The notes beneath the pieces are model-generated. The model had not been told where the DNA came from, searched no databases, and saw nothing but the letters and a program-made list of their open reading frames with translations. Below are positions 20,605 through 30,129 of a stretch of DNA of 64,000 nt, piece by piece. The stretch is from Bacteroidota bacterium (lineage in GTDB: Bacteria; Bacteroidota; Bacteroidia; Sphingobacteriales; Sphingobacteriaceae). Position 1 is the first letter of the stretch. Each line of letters begins with the position of its first letter. The stretch lies in the NCBI GenBank assembly GCA_021794195.1, contig JAJYRG010000003.1, positions 10,242 to 74,241 on the forward strand, written 5' to 3'. Made by a program: the position numbers and the translations under genes.

Positions 20605-20610
20605 AATGTA

Positions 20611-21642
20611 TTAAAACAAAGTATTATCCTTATCGTGTTTAATTCTTCCTAAGTGGCGGTACGCCAGCGCAGTGGCTTCTCTCCCTCTAGATGTACGCAT
20701 GAGATATCCTTCCTGAATTAAGAATGGCTCGTAGACTTCTTCAATAGTGCCGTCCTCTTCGCTTACAGCTGTTGCTATTGTCTTTAGACCTACAGGCCCT
20801 CCATTAAACTTATCAATGATAGTCGCTAAAATCTTATTATCCATTTCATCCAAACCATTCTCATCCACATTCAGAGCTTTTAAAGCATATTTAGCAATAG
20901 CTTGATCTATTTTTCCATTTCCTTTTATCTGAGCAAAATCCCGGGTTCTGCGCAATAATGCATTTGCAATCCGTGGGGTTCCTCTGCTCCGCCGTGCAAT
21001 TTCATAAGCTCCCTCGTCTGTAATCGGTGTATTTAAAATATCAGCTGATCGCAAAACAATAGTAGTCAATAATTTTGCATCGTAATAAGCTAAGCGGGAA
21101 TTGATTCCAAATCGGGCTCGCAATGGAGCCGTCAATAAACCGGAACGTGTAGTGGCTCCTACCAATGTAAAGGGGTTTAACTCAATCTGTACTGAACGGG
21201 CGTTGGGTCCGGTCTCTAACATAATATCAATCTTAAAATCCTCCATCGCAGAATACAAATACTCTTCAACAAGCGGACTTAACCGATGAATTTCATCAAT
21301 AAAAAGAATATCTCCTTCTTCCAAATTCGTCAATAACCCTGCCAAATCTCCCGGCTTATCTAAAACGGGACCTGAAGTGATTTTTATACCCGTTTCCATT
21401 TCATTCGCTATAATATGCGACAAGGTTGTCTTACCTAGACCTGGAGGTCCATGCAATAAAACATGATCCAACGCTTCCGAACGTAATTTAGCAGCTTTGA
21501 CAAAAACAGTTAGGTTTTCTAATATTTTTTGCTGCCCTGTAAAATCTTCAAAGGATTGTGGCCGTAAAACTTTTTCTACATCTCTTTCTGAAGAGCTCAA
21601 ACGCTCAGAATCCGGGTCCAAGTATTCATTCATCATTGCCAT
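20611..21642 (-). CDS. ruvB: Holliday junction branch migration ATPase RuvB
   Basis: [12 protein letters not shown], Walker [25 protein letters not shown]. Confidence 0.98.
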   Translation of the reverse strand: MAMMNEYLDPDSERLSSSERDVEKVLRPQSFEDFTGQQKILENLTVFVKAAKLRSEALDHVLLHGPPGLGKTTLSHIIANEMETGIKITSGPVLDKPGDLAGLLTNLEEGDILFIDEIHRLSPLVEEYLYSAMEDFKIDIMLETGPNARSVQIELNPFTLVGATTRSGLLTAPLRARFGINSRLAYYDAKLLTTIVLRSADILNTPITDEGAYEIARRSRGTPRIANALLRRTRDFAQIKGNGKIDQAIAKYALKALNVDENGLDEMDNKILATIIDKFNGGPVGLKTIATAVSEEDGTIEEVYEPFLIQEGYLMRTSRGREATALAYRHLGRIKHDKDNTLF

Positions 21643-21651
21643 ACATCTCTC

Positions 21652-22377
21652 TTACTTATAATTTCTAAAAAAACTTTCCCATTTAAGCTGTATAACCCCT
21701 AAAAACGCTTCTCTAAATATGTGTGTACTCATCTTCGATTCGCCATGTGTACGATCAGTAAACACAATTGGAACTTCCACAACATTGAAGCCATATTTTA
21801 TAGCTGTAAATTTCATTTCAATTTGAAAAGCATACCCCACAAATTTAATCTTATCAAATGGGATTTTTTCCAATACCTTTCTGTGAAAGCACACAAAACC
21901 GGCAGTAGTATCTCTTATTTTTATCCTTGTAATCAAACGGACATATGCCGATGCAAAGTAAGACATCAACACTCTGTTCATTGGCCAATTCACTACATTG
22001 ACCCCTGTTATATACCTCGAACCTATCGCCATGTCAGCCCCTTCCTGGCAAGCTTTTTTCAAACGGATAAGGTCTTCCGGATTATGGCTAAAATCAGCAT
22101 CCATCTCATAAATATACGTATAATCCTGTTTCAAAGCCCATCTAAAACCATGTAAATAAGCAGTTCCTAATCCTTGTTTACCATGTCGGATCTCTAAAAA
22201 CAACTGATTGTGAAATTCAGTCATTAATTCTTCGACAATAGCTCCTGTGCCATCAGGAGAATCGTCGTCTACAATCAAAACATGAAACATATTTTCGAGA
22301 GAAAATACCTTTCGAATGATTTTTTCAATATTTTCCTTCTCGTTGTATGTAGGGATTATAACTAAACTATCTATCAA
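21652..22377 (-). CDS. Polyprenol monophosphomannose synthase (GT2, DPM1-like)
   Basis: IPTYNE, DDDSPDGT, MDADFSHNP and GSRY motifs. Confidence 0.9.
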   Translation of the reverse strand: MIDSLVIIPTYNEKENIEKIIRKVFSLENMFHVLIVDDDSPDGTGAIVEELMTEFHNQLFLEIRHGKQGLGTAYLHGFRWALKQDYTYIYEMDADFSHNPEDLIRLKKACQEGADMAIGSRYITGVNVVNWPMNRVLMSYFASAYVRLITRIKIRDTTAGFVCFHRKVLEKIPFDKIKFVGYAFQIEMKFTAIKYGFNVVEVPIVFTDRTHGESKMSTHIFREAFLGVIQLKWESFFRNYK

Positions 22378-22469
22378 TATTTCTTTAATTAAATTTATTT
22401 GCTAAGGTACTAAAATTAGTACAAAGGATAGATGCAGCAAACAGGAATTTATCTCTGGGAAAAGATGAA

Positions 22470-22795
22470 AAGAATGTTTTTTAGAACCTGAATTCGATTA
22501 TTATTTTTTGCTCAGAACGCTTTGAAATAGTCAGATTCAACTAAAAGTGACGAAGGAATAGCAGGCTATTCTGAGGAGATTTTAGAAAGAAGATGGCTGT
22601 TTCAAAGTGAAAAACAAAAAAGCTAATTATATAAACACGCTATGCTTCGTTGCCTCTGCTTGCAGTATCCCGATACCCCTGCACAAAGGCGCCTTGCCTA
22701 GCCTTGTTTATTTAATTTCTGAGCGGGTAAAGAATAGTCGAACTCAGGTTTAGAGTATTCAAACTCCTTTTTAACGCTTCAAAAAGACAGCCTCA
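22470..22795. mobile_element. Composite MITE-like element: two related copies in inverted orientation
   Basis: Imperfect 33-34 bp inverted pair 22485-22517 / 22717-22750; CTTTGAAATAGTC (22520-22532) versus GGCTGTTTCAAAG (22595-22607); internal GC-rich hairpin TTCGTTGCC...GGCGCCTTG; no ORF. Confidence 0.55.
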
Positions 22796-22838
22796 ATAAT
22801 TTTAAAACTTATTCTTTCATAACATTCGTTATGAAAGA

Positions 22839-24071
22839 TTATTCAAATTTCATTCTAATAAAACGCGGACGGTATAGTTTAGGATTTGCGCTGATTTCAT
22901 TTAAAAAATCGAAAGCATTTACATTATAACTGATGATCAACTCTCCTGGGTTTGAAAGCCCCGGATGCGCTTTGGCATTATAAGTAAAGTAATTTTTATG
23001 CTGCGGCTCTTCACATGTCCACACATTGATAATAGGGCCAAATGGGCCATAGGGGCTTAAGCCCAACCGGAGACCAATCGTATCGCTCATTCCATTAATT
23101 TGAAAGACCAATGCATATCTTCCATCCTTCAATGGGGTGACACTTAACTCATTGGACACGCTGTCTGTGATGCCTACGGCATGATCTATGCCAGCACTCC
23201 ACCCTTTCCCATCCCAAAAACGATATTGATTAAAATTTTCAAAATTTTCAGGTAATACACGCGCTACTATTAAATCCTTCGATTTTCCTTTCACTCCATA
23301 TACATATATATACCCATCTGGAGCAGGGACATCTGCAGTTTGGACATTCGCAAAAATCCCTGCACCCAAAGAACTACTTTCAGTTTCCTCTTCCCCTTCT
23401 ATCAGAAAAGGTGTCTTTATTTCCTTATAATTTTTAAAAGGTGGCTTACTATCTTTCTCTAATACTAAAAGAGCATTTCCCACTTGCTTAAAACTCCATT
23501 CCTTAGAGCTCGTATTACGCATATGATAAGCAAAGATATATATATTCTCTTTCAAAGAATGATTAACGAATCCATCGCCCAACCAATAATAATCTCCTTT
23601 CTGCGCATCAGAGGTTTCTGGTGTAAACAATGTGCCCACTTCGCTGCTATTCTTTTTATCAGGGTAAAAATGGATTTCATCCCTATCCGCTCTGTTTCCT
23701 TCCATATAAGCAACCGAATTATGCACCATTTTAGAACCATTTTGCAATTTCCCATTCACAATATCCCCTATCATGGTATCACTGAAAATAAACAAAACAT
23801 TTTTTTTTGATGTATTGGCATTCTCTCTATCAATTAATGGAATAGAAAATATACCATCCGCTCCAAACCATCCTGAAGTTCGATCAAATAAAGCCGTCCA
23901 GTCCAACGCTTCTTCCACTGTAAAAGAAAGGCGGGTAAGATCTGTATTTTTCAACTTGTCACCCTTATTTTCTACGAGTACTTGAGCGACAGTCAAGTTG
24001 GAAAAAAGAATTAATAAATGGATATACAAATATTTTAAAAACCTGAAACTTAAATTTTTCATGGTATACAA
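22839..24071 (-). CDS. Exported DUF4185/DUF5005-like beta-propeller (possible glycoside hydrolase)
   Basis: Signal peptide; FGADGIFSI, SDT..G, WLGDG, NELSV and YNAKAHP motifs. Confidence 0.7.
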   Translation of the reverse strand: MYTMKNLSFRFLKYLYIHLLILFSNLTVAQVLVENKGDKLKNTDLTRLSFTVEEALDWTALFDRTSGWFGADGIFSIPLIDRENANTSKKNVLFIFSDTMIGDIVNGKLQNGSKMVHNSVAYMEGNRADRDEIHFYPDKKNSSEVGTLFTPETSDAQKGDYYWLGDGFVNHSLKENIYIFAYHMRNTSSKEWSFKQVGNALLVLEKDSKPPFKNYKEIKTPFLIEGEEETESSSLGAGIFANVQTADVPAPDGYIYVYGVKGKSKDLIVARVLPENFENFNQYRFWDGKGWSAGIDHAVGITDSVSNELSVTPLKDGRYALVFQINGMSDTIGLRLGLSPYGPFGPIINVWTCEEPQHKNYFTYNAKAHPGLSNPGELIISYNVNAFDFLNEISANPKLYRPRFIRMKFE

Positions 24072-24225
24072 TCATTTCAAACAAAATACCGAATAAAAAA
24101 AATAAATCATAAACTTTTACGAAAAATACTGCAATCAGCCAAAAGCAAAAGATGTTACTCCTTCCTAAGATTTATTTACTAATTGACGAATTATTTTACT
24201 TCATTTAAGATTTATCGAAATTATG

Positions 24226-24233
24226 TATCTTTG
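24226..24233 (+). promoter_or_regulatory. -7 promoter box upstream of scpB
   Basis: TATCTTTG followed by CGC, 80 nt upstream of the start. Confidence 0.6.
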
Positions 24234-24312
24234 CGCTGATAATACTTTGGTATATAAAAAGCTTATTTCTATTGTAAAAAAATCGATCTTATATAAATAA
24301 ACGGAATTTTGC

Positions 24313-24885
24313 TTGAAAAACATACAGCAACATATTGAAGCTTTGATTTTCGTATCGGATGAAGGGATTAACACCAGTGACATTCACCAGGTAATCTCCC
24401 AACTTTTTCCGGATAATGAAATTCAAAAAACCGAGATAGAGCAATATATAAAAGCTATCAAAGAAAAATACTTGTCTGATAATTATATTCTTGAGCTTAA
24501 ACACATTGCTGATCGTTATCATTTTTTAACAAAATCTAAATACTACACCAGTGTACAAAAATTACTGGCACATAAAGAAAAACGAAAACTCAGCCAGGCT
24601 GCATTAGAAACTCTTTCCATCATTGCTTACAGACAACCGATCACAAAATTAGAAGTAGAACAAATACGAGGTGTAAATTGCGATTATACAATACAAAGAC
24701 TTTTGGATAAAAATCTGATTACTATATTAGGAAAAGCTGAGAGCGTTGGAAGGCCGTTGCTCTATGGAACAAGCGATGAATTTCTTAGTCACTTTGGGAT
24801 TAATCACTTTAATGAATTACCGCAATTAAAAGAGATTGTGGAAGAAACCAATGTTATCGGAAAAAATAATGAGATAGAAAAGTAA
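24313..24885 (+). CDS. scpB: SMC-Scp complex subunit ScpB
   Basis: ALETLSIIAYRQPITKLEVEQIRGV and GRPLLYGT motifs; TTG start. Confidence 0.95.
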   Translation: MKNIQQHIEALIFVSDEGINTSDIHQVISQLFPDNEIQKTEIEQYIKAIKEKYLSDNYILELKHIADRYHFLTKSKYYTSVQKLLAHKEKRKLSQAALETLSIIAYRQPITKLEVEQIRGVNCDYTIQRLLDKNLITILGKAESVGRPLLYGTSDEFLSHFGINHFNELPQLKEIVEETNVIGKNNEIEK

Positions 24886-24985
24886 GTTATTACAACTTTA
24901 ATAATCGATTTACTATATTTTCACACTAAATAATTACTTGAAAACTTATATTAACACTTAATATTGTTGATCTAAATCCAAAAAA

Positions 24986-25153
24986 ATGAATCCCAAAAAA
25001 AAGAGATCTTACGAAGAAAGTAATATGGAATTTAACGGTCCGGAAGATGAGTATGATGAAGACTTTAACGACAATTTTGAAAACTTAGATTTGGAAAATA
25101 TTGAAAGCTTTGAAGATTTCAATGATTCCGATGATGAATACGATGATGATTAA
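24986..25153 (+). CDS. 55-aa highly acidic small protein (not in ORF track)
   Basis: MNPKKKRSYEESNMEFNGPEDEYDEDFNDNFENLDLENIESFEDFNDSDDEYDDD; A-rich 5' context, ATG start, clean GAN codon periodicity. Confidence 0.7.
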   Translation: MNPKKKRSYEESNMEFNGPEDEYDEDFNDNFENLDLENIESFEDFNDSDDEYDDD

Positions 25154-25362
25154 TCAAAGTGCCCTTCATAAAAATCTTTTTGTAACGATAGGCACCTGTT
25201 TCTGTTCCTTTTAATCAATTTTGGAGAGATATAAATCCATTGGTTCAATATTTTCAATTCCGAAAAGAAATAAAAAGTGCTTATAGACATATTTTTTACA
25301 TCCATAGTATAGAGTTAGCCTATGAAATATGTAAATTTACAGAGTAAAAATTTAAGAGCGAA

Positions 25363-26574
25363 TTGAGATCAAAAAAACTACTTGAAGCCATAGTATCCAC
25401 AGCAATTGATGGTATTATTACTATAGATAGAAATGGTATTATAGATACTGTGAACCCTTCAGCTTTAGATATTTTCGGGTATAAAAAAAATGAATTGATC
25501 GGTCAAAACATATCGATCCTGATGCCAGAACCTTACAGAAGCAAGCATGATGATTTTATTCAGGCTTATCTCCGAACCGGTCAGGCAAAAATTATAGGCA
25601 AAGGCAGAGAGGTTGAAGGGTTGAAAAAAGACGGTACAATATTTTCTTTTCGTTTAGCGGTAAGTAAAGTTGAATTAGACGATCAGATTATTTTCGCCGG
25701 TTTCGTTCATGATTTAACAAAGGAAAAAATAGCAAAAAAACAAATCCGGCATTATACGGAAGAACTAGAAAGAAAAGTAAAAGAGCGTACAAAAGATTTA
25801 GTCAATATAGTAGGTGAGTTGGAAGATACCAAAAGAGAAGTCAGCCTTTCTTTAGAAAAGGAAAAGGAGCTCAATAAAATGAAATCTCACTTCGTTTCTA
25901 TGGCTTCTCATGAATTTAGAACCCCTTTAAGCTCTGTTCAACTTTCCGCTACTTTAATTGAAAAATACCTTAAAAAATCTGACCATGAGGGAGTTCTCAA
26001 ACATGTAGATCGGATAAAAAATTCAGTCAACCTCTTGTCAAGTATTTTAAGCGATTTTTTATCTTTAGAACAGTTAGAAGCGGGTGCAGTGCAAACAAAT
26101 TTACAAGATATCAATTTAGTGAAACTGGCAGAAGAAGTCACAGAAGAGATGCAAATGATCTGCAAAAAAAACCAGCATATTGTATACGAACATACAGGAG
26201 CTAAAGGAAACTTTTTCTTAGACGCAAATCTTATAAAAAACAGTGTGATTAATTTAATTTCCAATTCCATAAAATTTTCAGGAGAAAACTCTTTTATTGA
26301 GTTTAACACAAAGATCAAGGATGATGCGTGTAGCATAACCGTGAAAGACAATGGAATTGGAATTCCAGAAACCGATCAAAAAAATTTATTTGAACCTTTT
26401 TTCCGGGCAAATAATACAGAAAGCATTCCTGGAACCGGGCTCGGCCTTAATATTGTGAGAAGATATGTAAGGTTAATGGGTGGTAAAGTACAATTTGAAA
26501 GTGAAGTCAATAATGGCACTAACATTACCTTAATCTTTAATAAAAATCAAGACAAAAACAGTTATGGAAGATAA
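25363..26574 (+). CDS. FixL-like heme-PAS sensor histidine kinase
   Basis: PAS segment GQNISILMPEPYRSKHD...IIGKGREV; H box SHEFRTPL; N, G1, F and G2 boxes; no TM. Confidence 0.92.
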   Translation: MRSKKLLEAIVSTAIDGIITIDRNGIIDTVNPSALDIFGYKKNELIGQNISILMPEPYRSKHDDFIQAYLRTGQAKIIGKGREVEGLKKDGTIFSFRLAVSKVELDDQIIFAGFVHDLTKEKIAKKQIRHYTEELERKVKERTKDLVNIVGELEDTKREVSLSLEKEKELNKMKSHFVSMASHEFRTPLSSVQLSATLIEKYLKKSDHEGVLKHVDRIKNSVNLLSSILSDFLSLEQLEAGAVQTNLQDINLVKLAEEVTEEMQMICKKNQHIVYEHTGAKGNFFLDANLIKNSVINLISNSIKFSGENSFIEFNTKIKDDACSITVKDNGIGIPETDQKNLFEPFFRANNTESIPGTGLGLNIVRRYVRLMGGKVQFESEVNNGTNITLIFNKNQDKNSYGR

Positions 26575-27625
26575 TTTCCCATCCGTACTCATCATAGAGG
26601 ATAATCAAGAGATTCGAGAAAGTACAGCTGAGATTTTAGAACTTTCGGACTATACAGTCTATACGGCTGCCGATGGGAAATCTGGAGTTGACAAAGCTAT
26701 AAAACACTTACCAGACATCATTTTATGCGATATTATGATGCCCGAACTCGATGGATATGGAGTCTTATATTTATTAAGTAAAAATAAAGAAACCAAAAAC
26801 ATTCCATTTGTCTTTTTGACGGCAAAAGTAGAACGCTCGGATATCCGCAAAGCTATGGAGATGGGCGCTGACGACTATCTGACTAAGCCCTTTGATGATA
26901 TAGAACTGCTCAATGCCATTGAAGTGCGGCTAAAAAAAAGAAGCGACAGAAAAAAAACACAAAAAAAACAGTTTGATATTTTTACAGCAGATGACGAAAA
27001 AAAAGTACTTCAACAATTATTAGAGAAGGCAAGAACCCGTACTTATCGAAAAAAGCAATCTGTATATCATCAAGGGGACGAACCCTATTTTCTCATGTAT
27101 GTAATGGAAGGAAAGGTACGGGCTTACTTCTACCACGATGACGGAAGAGAGTTTATAAGCAATGTTTATAAAAAAGGAGAATTTTTTGGCCATGAATTTG
27201 TTTTTACAAAAGAACCATATAACCACAGCGTAGAAACCTTTGAAGAAGCTAAGATAGCCCAAATTGCCCGAGATGACTTTTTAGAGTTATTGCAGAAAAA
27301 CCTTTCTGTTACACGTAATTTCCTGCAAATTATGTCCAGAGAGATTATCTATAAAAACCAGCAATTAGTAGGGCTTGCCTATGATTCTGTTCGAAAAAAA
27401 GTAGCTAATGCCTTAGTATGCGTGGCTAAAAAAGACATAAACACCTCTAATACAGACACTTGCTTGATTCGTATTTCCCGAGATAATTTGTCCGCTTTAG
27501 CAGGAACGGCTAACGAAACGATAAGTAGAATGTTAAGTGACTTTATAGATGAGCGTCTTATATCAAAAGAAGGGAATGCTATTCGGATCTACTCTATCAA
27601 AAAATTAAAAGAAATAAAGCAATAA
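26564..27625 (+). CDS. Response regulator: receiver + cNMP-binding + Crp/Fnr HTH fusion
   Basis: IEDN, LCDIMMP and LTKP receiver motifs; GEFFG beta-roll; ETISR recognition helix; 11-nt overlap with the kinase. Confidence 0.92.
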   Translation: MEDNFPSVLIIEDNQEIRESTAEILELSDYTVYTAADGKSGVDKAIKHLPDIILCDIMMPELDGYGVLYLLSKNKETKNIPFVFLTAKVERSDIRKAMEMGADDYLTKPFDDIELLNAIEVRLKKRSDRKKTQKKQFDIFTADDEKKVLQQLLEKARTRTYRKKQSVYHQGDEPYFLMYVMEGKVRAYFYHDDGREFISNVYKKGEFFGHEFVFTKEPYNHSVETFEEAKIAQIARDDFLELLQKNLSVTRNFLQIMSREIIYKNQQLVGLAYDSVRKKVANALVCVAKKDINTSNTDTCLIRISRDNLSALAGTANETISRMLSDFIDERLISKEGNAIRIYSIKKLKEIKQ

Positions 27626-27728
27626 ATCAAAAAAAATTTAACAGGGGTTAGTTTCATGACTTGAAGTTTAAAATAAATTAAGTAAAAGCCTGTCTGTTTC
27701 CACCTTCCACTTTATGGCAACATACTGA

Positions 27729-28037
27729 TCAAGTTTTATACAATAAGTTTATAATTTCAAAATCGATCCCTGGATCCGAAAGGATTATAGTTTTTAATTC
27801 TTGTAAATCCTCTTTTGTAATTCGGTTGCGAAGTCCAGCATTGTATAATTGAAGCAAATAATCTGACTTATTCTCTTTATCCTGGTTTATACCAGATTTA
27901 TCAGAAGATGAAAAATTAATAATTGTACTGGCAAAAGAAGCGAAATCTTCTAATGAAAAGTTTGATTTCGTTTGTAGGCAATATCTCATATATTTTTCAA
28001 AATCAAGCCGTAATTGCTTCTTACTTTCATCTTTCAT
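27729..28037 (-). CDS. Hypothetical protein (102 aa)
   Basis: Single clean ORF between convergent/divergent neighbours; no family recognised. Confidence 0.65.
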   Translation of the reverse strand: MKDESKKQLRLDFEKYMRYCLQTKSNFSLEDFASFASTIINFSSSDKSGINQDKENKSDYLLQLYNAGLRNRITKEDLQELKTIILSDPGIDFEIINLLYKT

Positions 28038-28255
28038 ACTCCAAAGATATGATATCTATTTGCAGAAATACAAACTCCAAGAGGAAAAAACATCATTTTC
28101 ACCTCCCCTTTAATAAATATACTTTATTTTGTTACATTCTTCAGCATATCTTAATATTTTAATTAAATTTAAATATAATTCAAAGATATGAAGATAAGAA
28201 AGCAATATCACATTGACGTATTGCTTATTTTTTTGTTAAAATAATAAAAGCGACT

Positions 28256-29344
28256 ATGCAAGAAAACATACATGCTGTTATTATCGGAAGTGGTTGTCAC
28301 ATTCCGAGCGTAAAGATCCCTAATAGTTTCTTTCTAAATCATCAGTTTTATGATAGTACTGGAAAGCCCTTTGACAGAAGTAATGATGAAATTATCCGGA
28401 AATTTGCTCAAATCACAGGAATTAAAGAACGCCGTTACGCTGAGGAAGATCATCTTGCATCGGATTTAGGTTTTTTTGCTGCTAAAGAAGCTATTAAAAA
28501 TGCTGGTATAGATCCTGAAACTATCGATCAAATTATTGTTGCGCATAATTTTGGGGATGTTTCCGCAGAAAAAAAATATATAGATCAAGTCCCTGCACTT
28601 TCTGCCCGTATAAAGTGGAAGTTAAACATCCAAAACCCTAATTCAGTAGCTTATGATTTACCTTTTGGTTGTGCCGGTTGGGTTCAAGGCATGATCCATG
28701 CAAAAAACTTTATTGAATCAGGTATAGCAAAGCGTGTTTTGGTGGTAGGTACAGAAACGATTTCCCGGGTTACCGATCCGCATGATCGCGATAGTATGAT
28801 TTTTTCCGATGGTGCCGGGGCTATCATATTAGAAGCTGTAGAAAGCGAAGAGCCAATAGGGATTTTAGAAGCAAAAGCTCAAACAATGGCCGTGCCTTTT
28901 GCCCATATTTTGCGTATGGGCAGCTCGTATAATCTGGCGGACAAATCTAAACCTCTTAACATTAAAATGGAAGGGCGAAAATTATATGAGCAAGTGATAA
29001 GTCATGTACCCGCAATAATCAAAGACTGTCTTGATTCTGCTGGTATCGCTATCCATGATATTTCAAATTTCCTCTTTCACCAAGCTAATGAAAAAATGGA
29101 TGAAGCTATTCTAAAACGGTTGTTTAAACTGTATGATATAGAAAAAGCTCCTTTAGAAAAAATGCCTATGACTATTTCCTTTTTAGGCAATAGTTCAGTT
29201 GCTACCTTGCCCACATTATATGACATGGTAAAAAAAGAGGAATTAGAAGGCTATGGGATAAATCCGGGTGACAATATCGTTTTTGCTTCTGTCGGAGCAG
29301 GTATAAATTTAAATGCTGTAGTCTATAAAGAACCAGATAATTGA
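28256..29344 (+). CDS. fabH: 3-oxoacyl-ACP synthase III family protein (FabH paralogue)
   Basis: Catalytic triad intact: FGCAG, FHQAN, LGNSS; DGAGA motif. Confidence 0.88.
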   Translation: MQENIHAVIIGSGCHIPSVKIPNSFFLNHQFYDSTGKPFDRSNDEIIRKFAQITGIKERRYAEEDHLASDLGFFAAKEAIKNAGIDPETIDQIIVAHNFGDVSAEKKYIDQVPALSARIKWKLNIQNPNSVAYDLPFGCAGWVQGMIHAKNFIESGIAKRVLVVGTETISRVTDPHDRDSMIFSDGAGAIILEAVESEEPIGILEAKAQTMAVPFAHILRMGSSYNLADKSKPLNIKMEGRKLYEQVISHVPAIIKDCLDSAGIAIHDISNFLFHQANEKMDEAILKRLFKLYDIEKAPLEKMPMTISFLGNSSVATLPTLYDMVKKEELEGYGINPGDNIVFASVGAGINLNAVVYKEPDN

Positions 29345-29417
29345 AAGATAGAAGATAACCCATTCCATCACCTTTAAGGCTTTTCATATGTTCTGATATT
29401 GAAATTAAGGCAGAGAC

Positions 29418-29801
29418 TTATTTATCGTATTTTGGCTCATATTTCAAGCCAGGATCTAAAAAGTACATATGAATTACTCTGGAATATTTATAATTAATAG
29501 GTGCCAATAAAAATATTGCCGGAAGGATAATCCCTAAATATAAAGCAATGTTGTCTGACCCCCCAGAAAAAATTATAATAGCTACTGTAAATGTAATAAG
29601 TTCAGCTACACTTAATGCATAACTGACGTACATGGCTACATAAAAATAACCCGGATGTCTTTCATAGTGCAAGCCACAGTGAGAACATTGATCATACATC
29701 TTTTTCCATATGCCTCCAGGCTTAAACATTTCTCCTCTCCGGCATCTTGGGCACTTCGCCTGAATCAGCGCTCTCCATAAAGATGTTTTTTCTTCGTTCA
29801 T
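29418..29801 (-). CDS. DUF983 family membrane protein
   Basis: KCPRCRRG...CSHCG zinc ribbon, ERHPGYFY.AMYVSY, two TM. Confidence 0.85.
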   Translation of the reverse strand: MNEEKTSLWRALIQAKCPRCRRGEMFKPGGIWKKMYDQCSHCGLHYERHPGYFYVAMYVSYALSVAELITFTVAIIIFSGGSDNIALYLGIILPAIFLLAPINYKYSRVIHMYFLDPGLKYEPKYDK

Positions 29802-30114
29802 TTTATTTCTATATTAAAGAATACAAATTTACAAATAAACAAGGGATCAAAATAAAAAAGAGGAAAAATACTACTTTTCCTAATATTTCACATAATACAA
29901 ACTGTGTTGAATTTTTTTAATTAGCTTTCAGTACTTTCACTTACTTTATTTATTAAATTTAACTTGCGAAAGAACTTTTATATTTATCGTGTTTTTCATT
30001 CAGAAAAGAAAAATAAAAAAACACTCACTAAACATACAATATTCAACACGCAAAAACAGATACTGAATACTGTTCTGAATAATACTATTTACTTGAAATA
30101 ATCGTCAATATTTT

Positions 30115-30122
30115 TAACTTTG
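30115..30122 (+). promoter_or_regulatory. -7 promoter box 7 nt before the Lrp start codon
   Basis: TAACTTTG. Confidence 0.55.
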
Positions 30123-30129
30123 TAGAATT

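Noticed and set aside
25154-29417. FNR/FixK boxes (TTGAT-N4-ATCAA) around the PAS kinase locus
   Set aside because: No convincing match found by eye in the local intergenic regions
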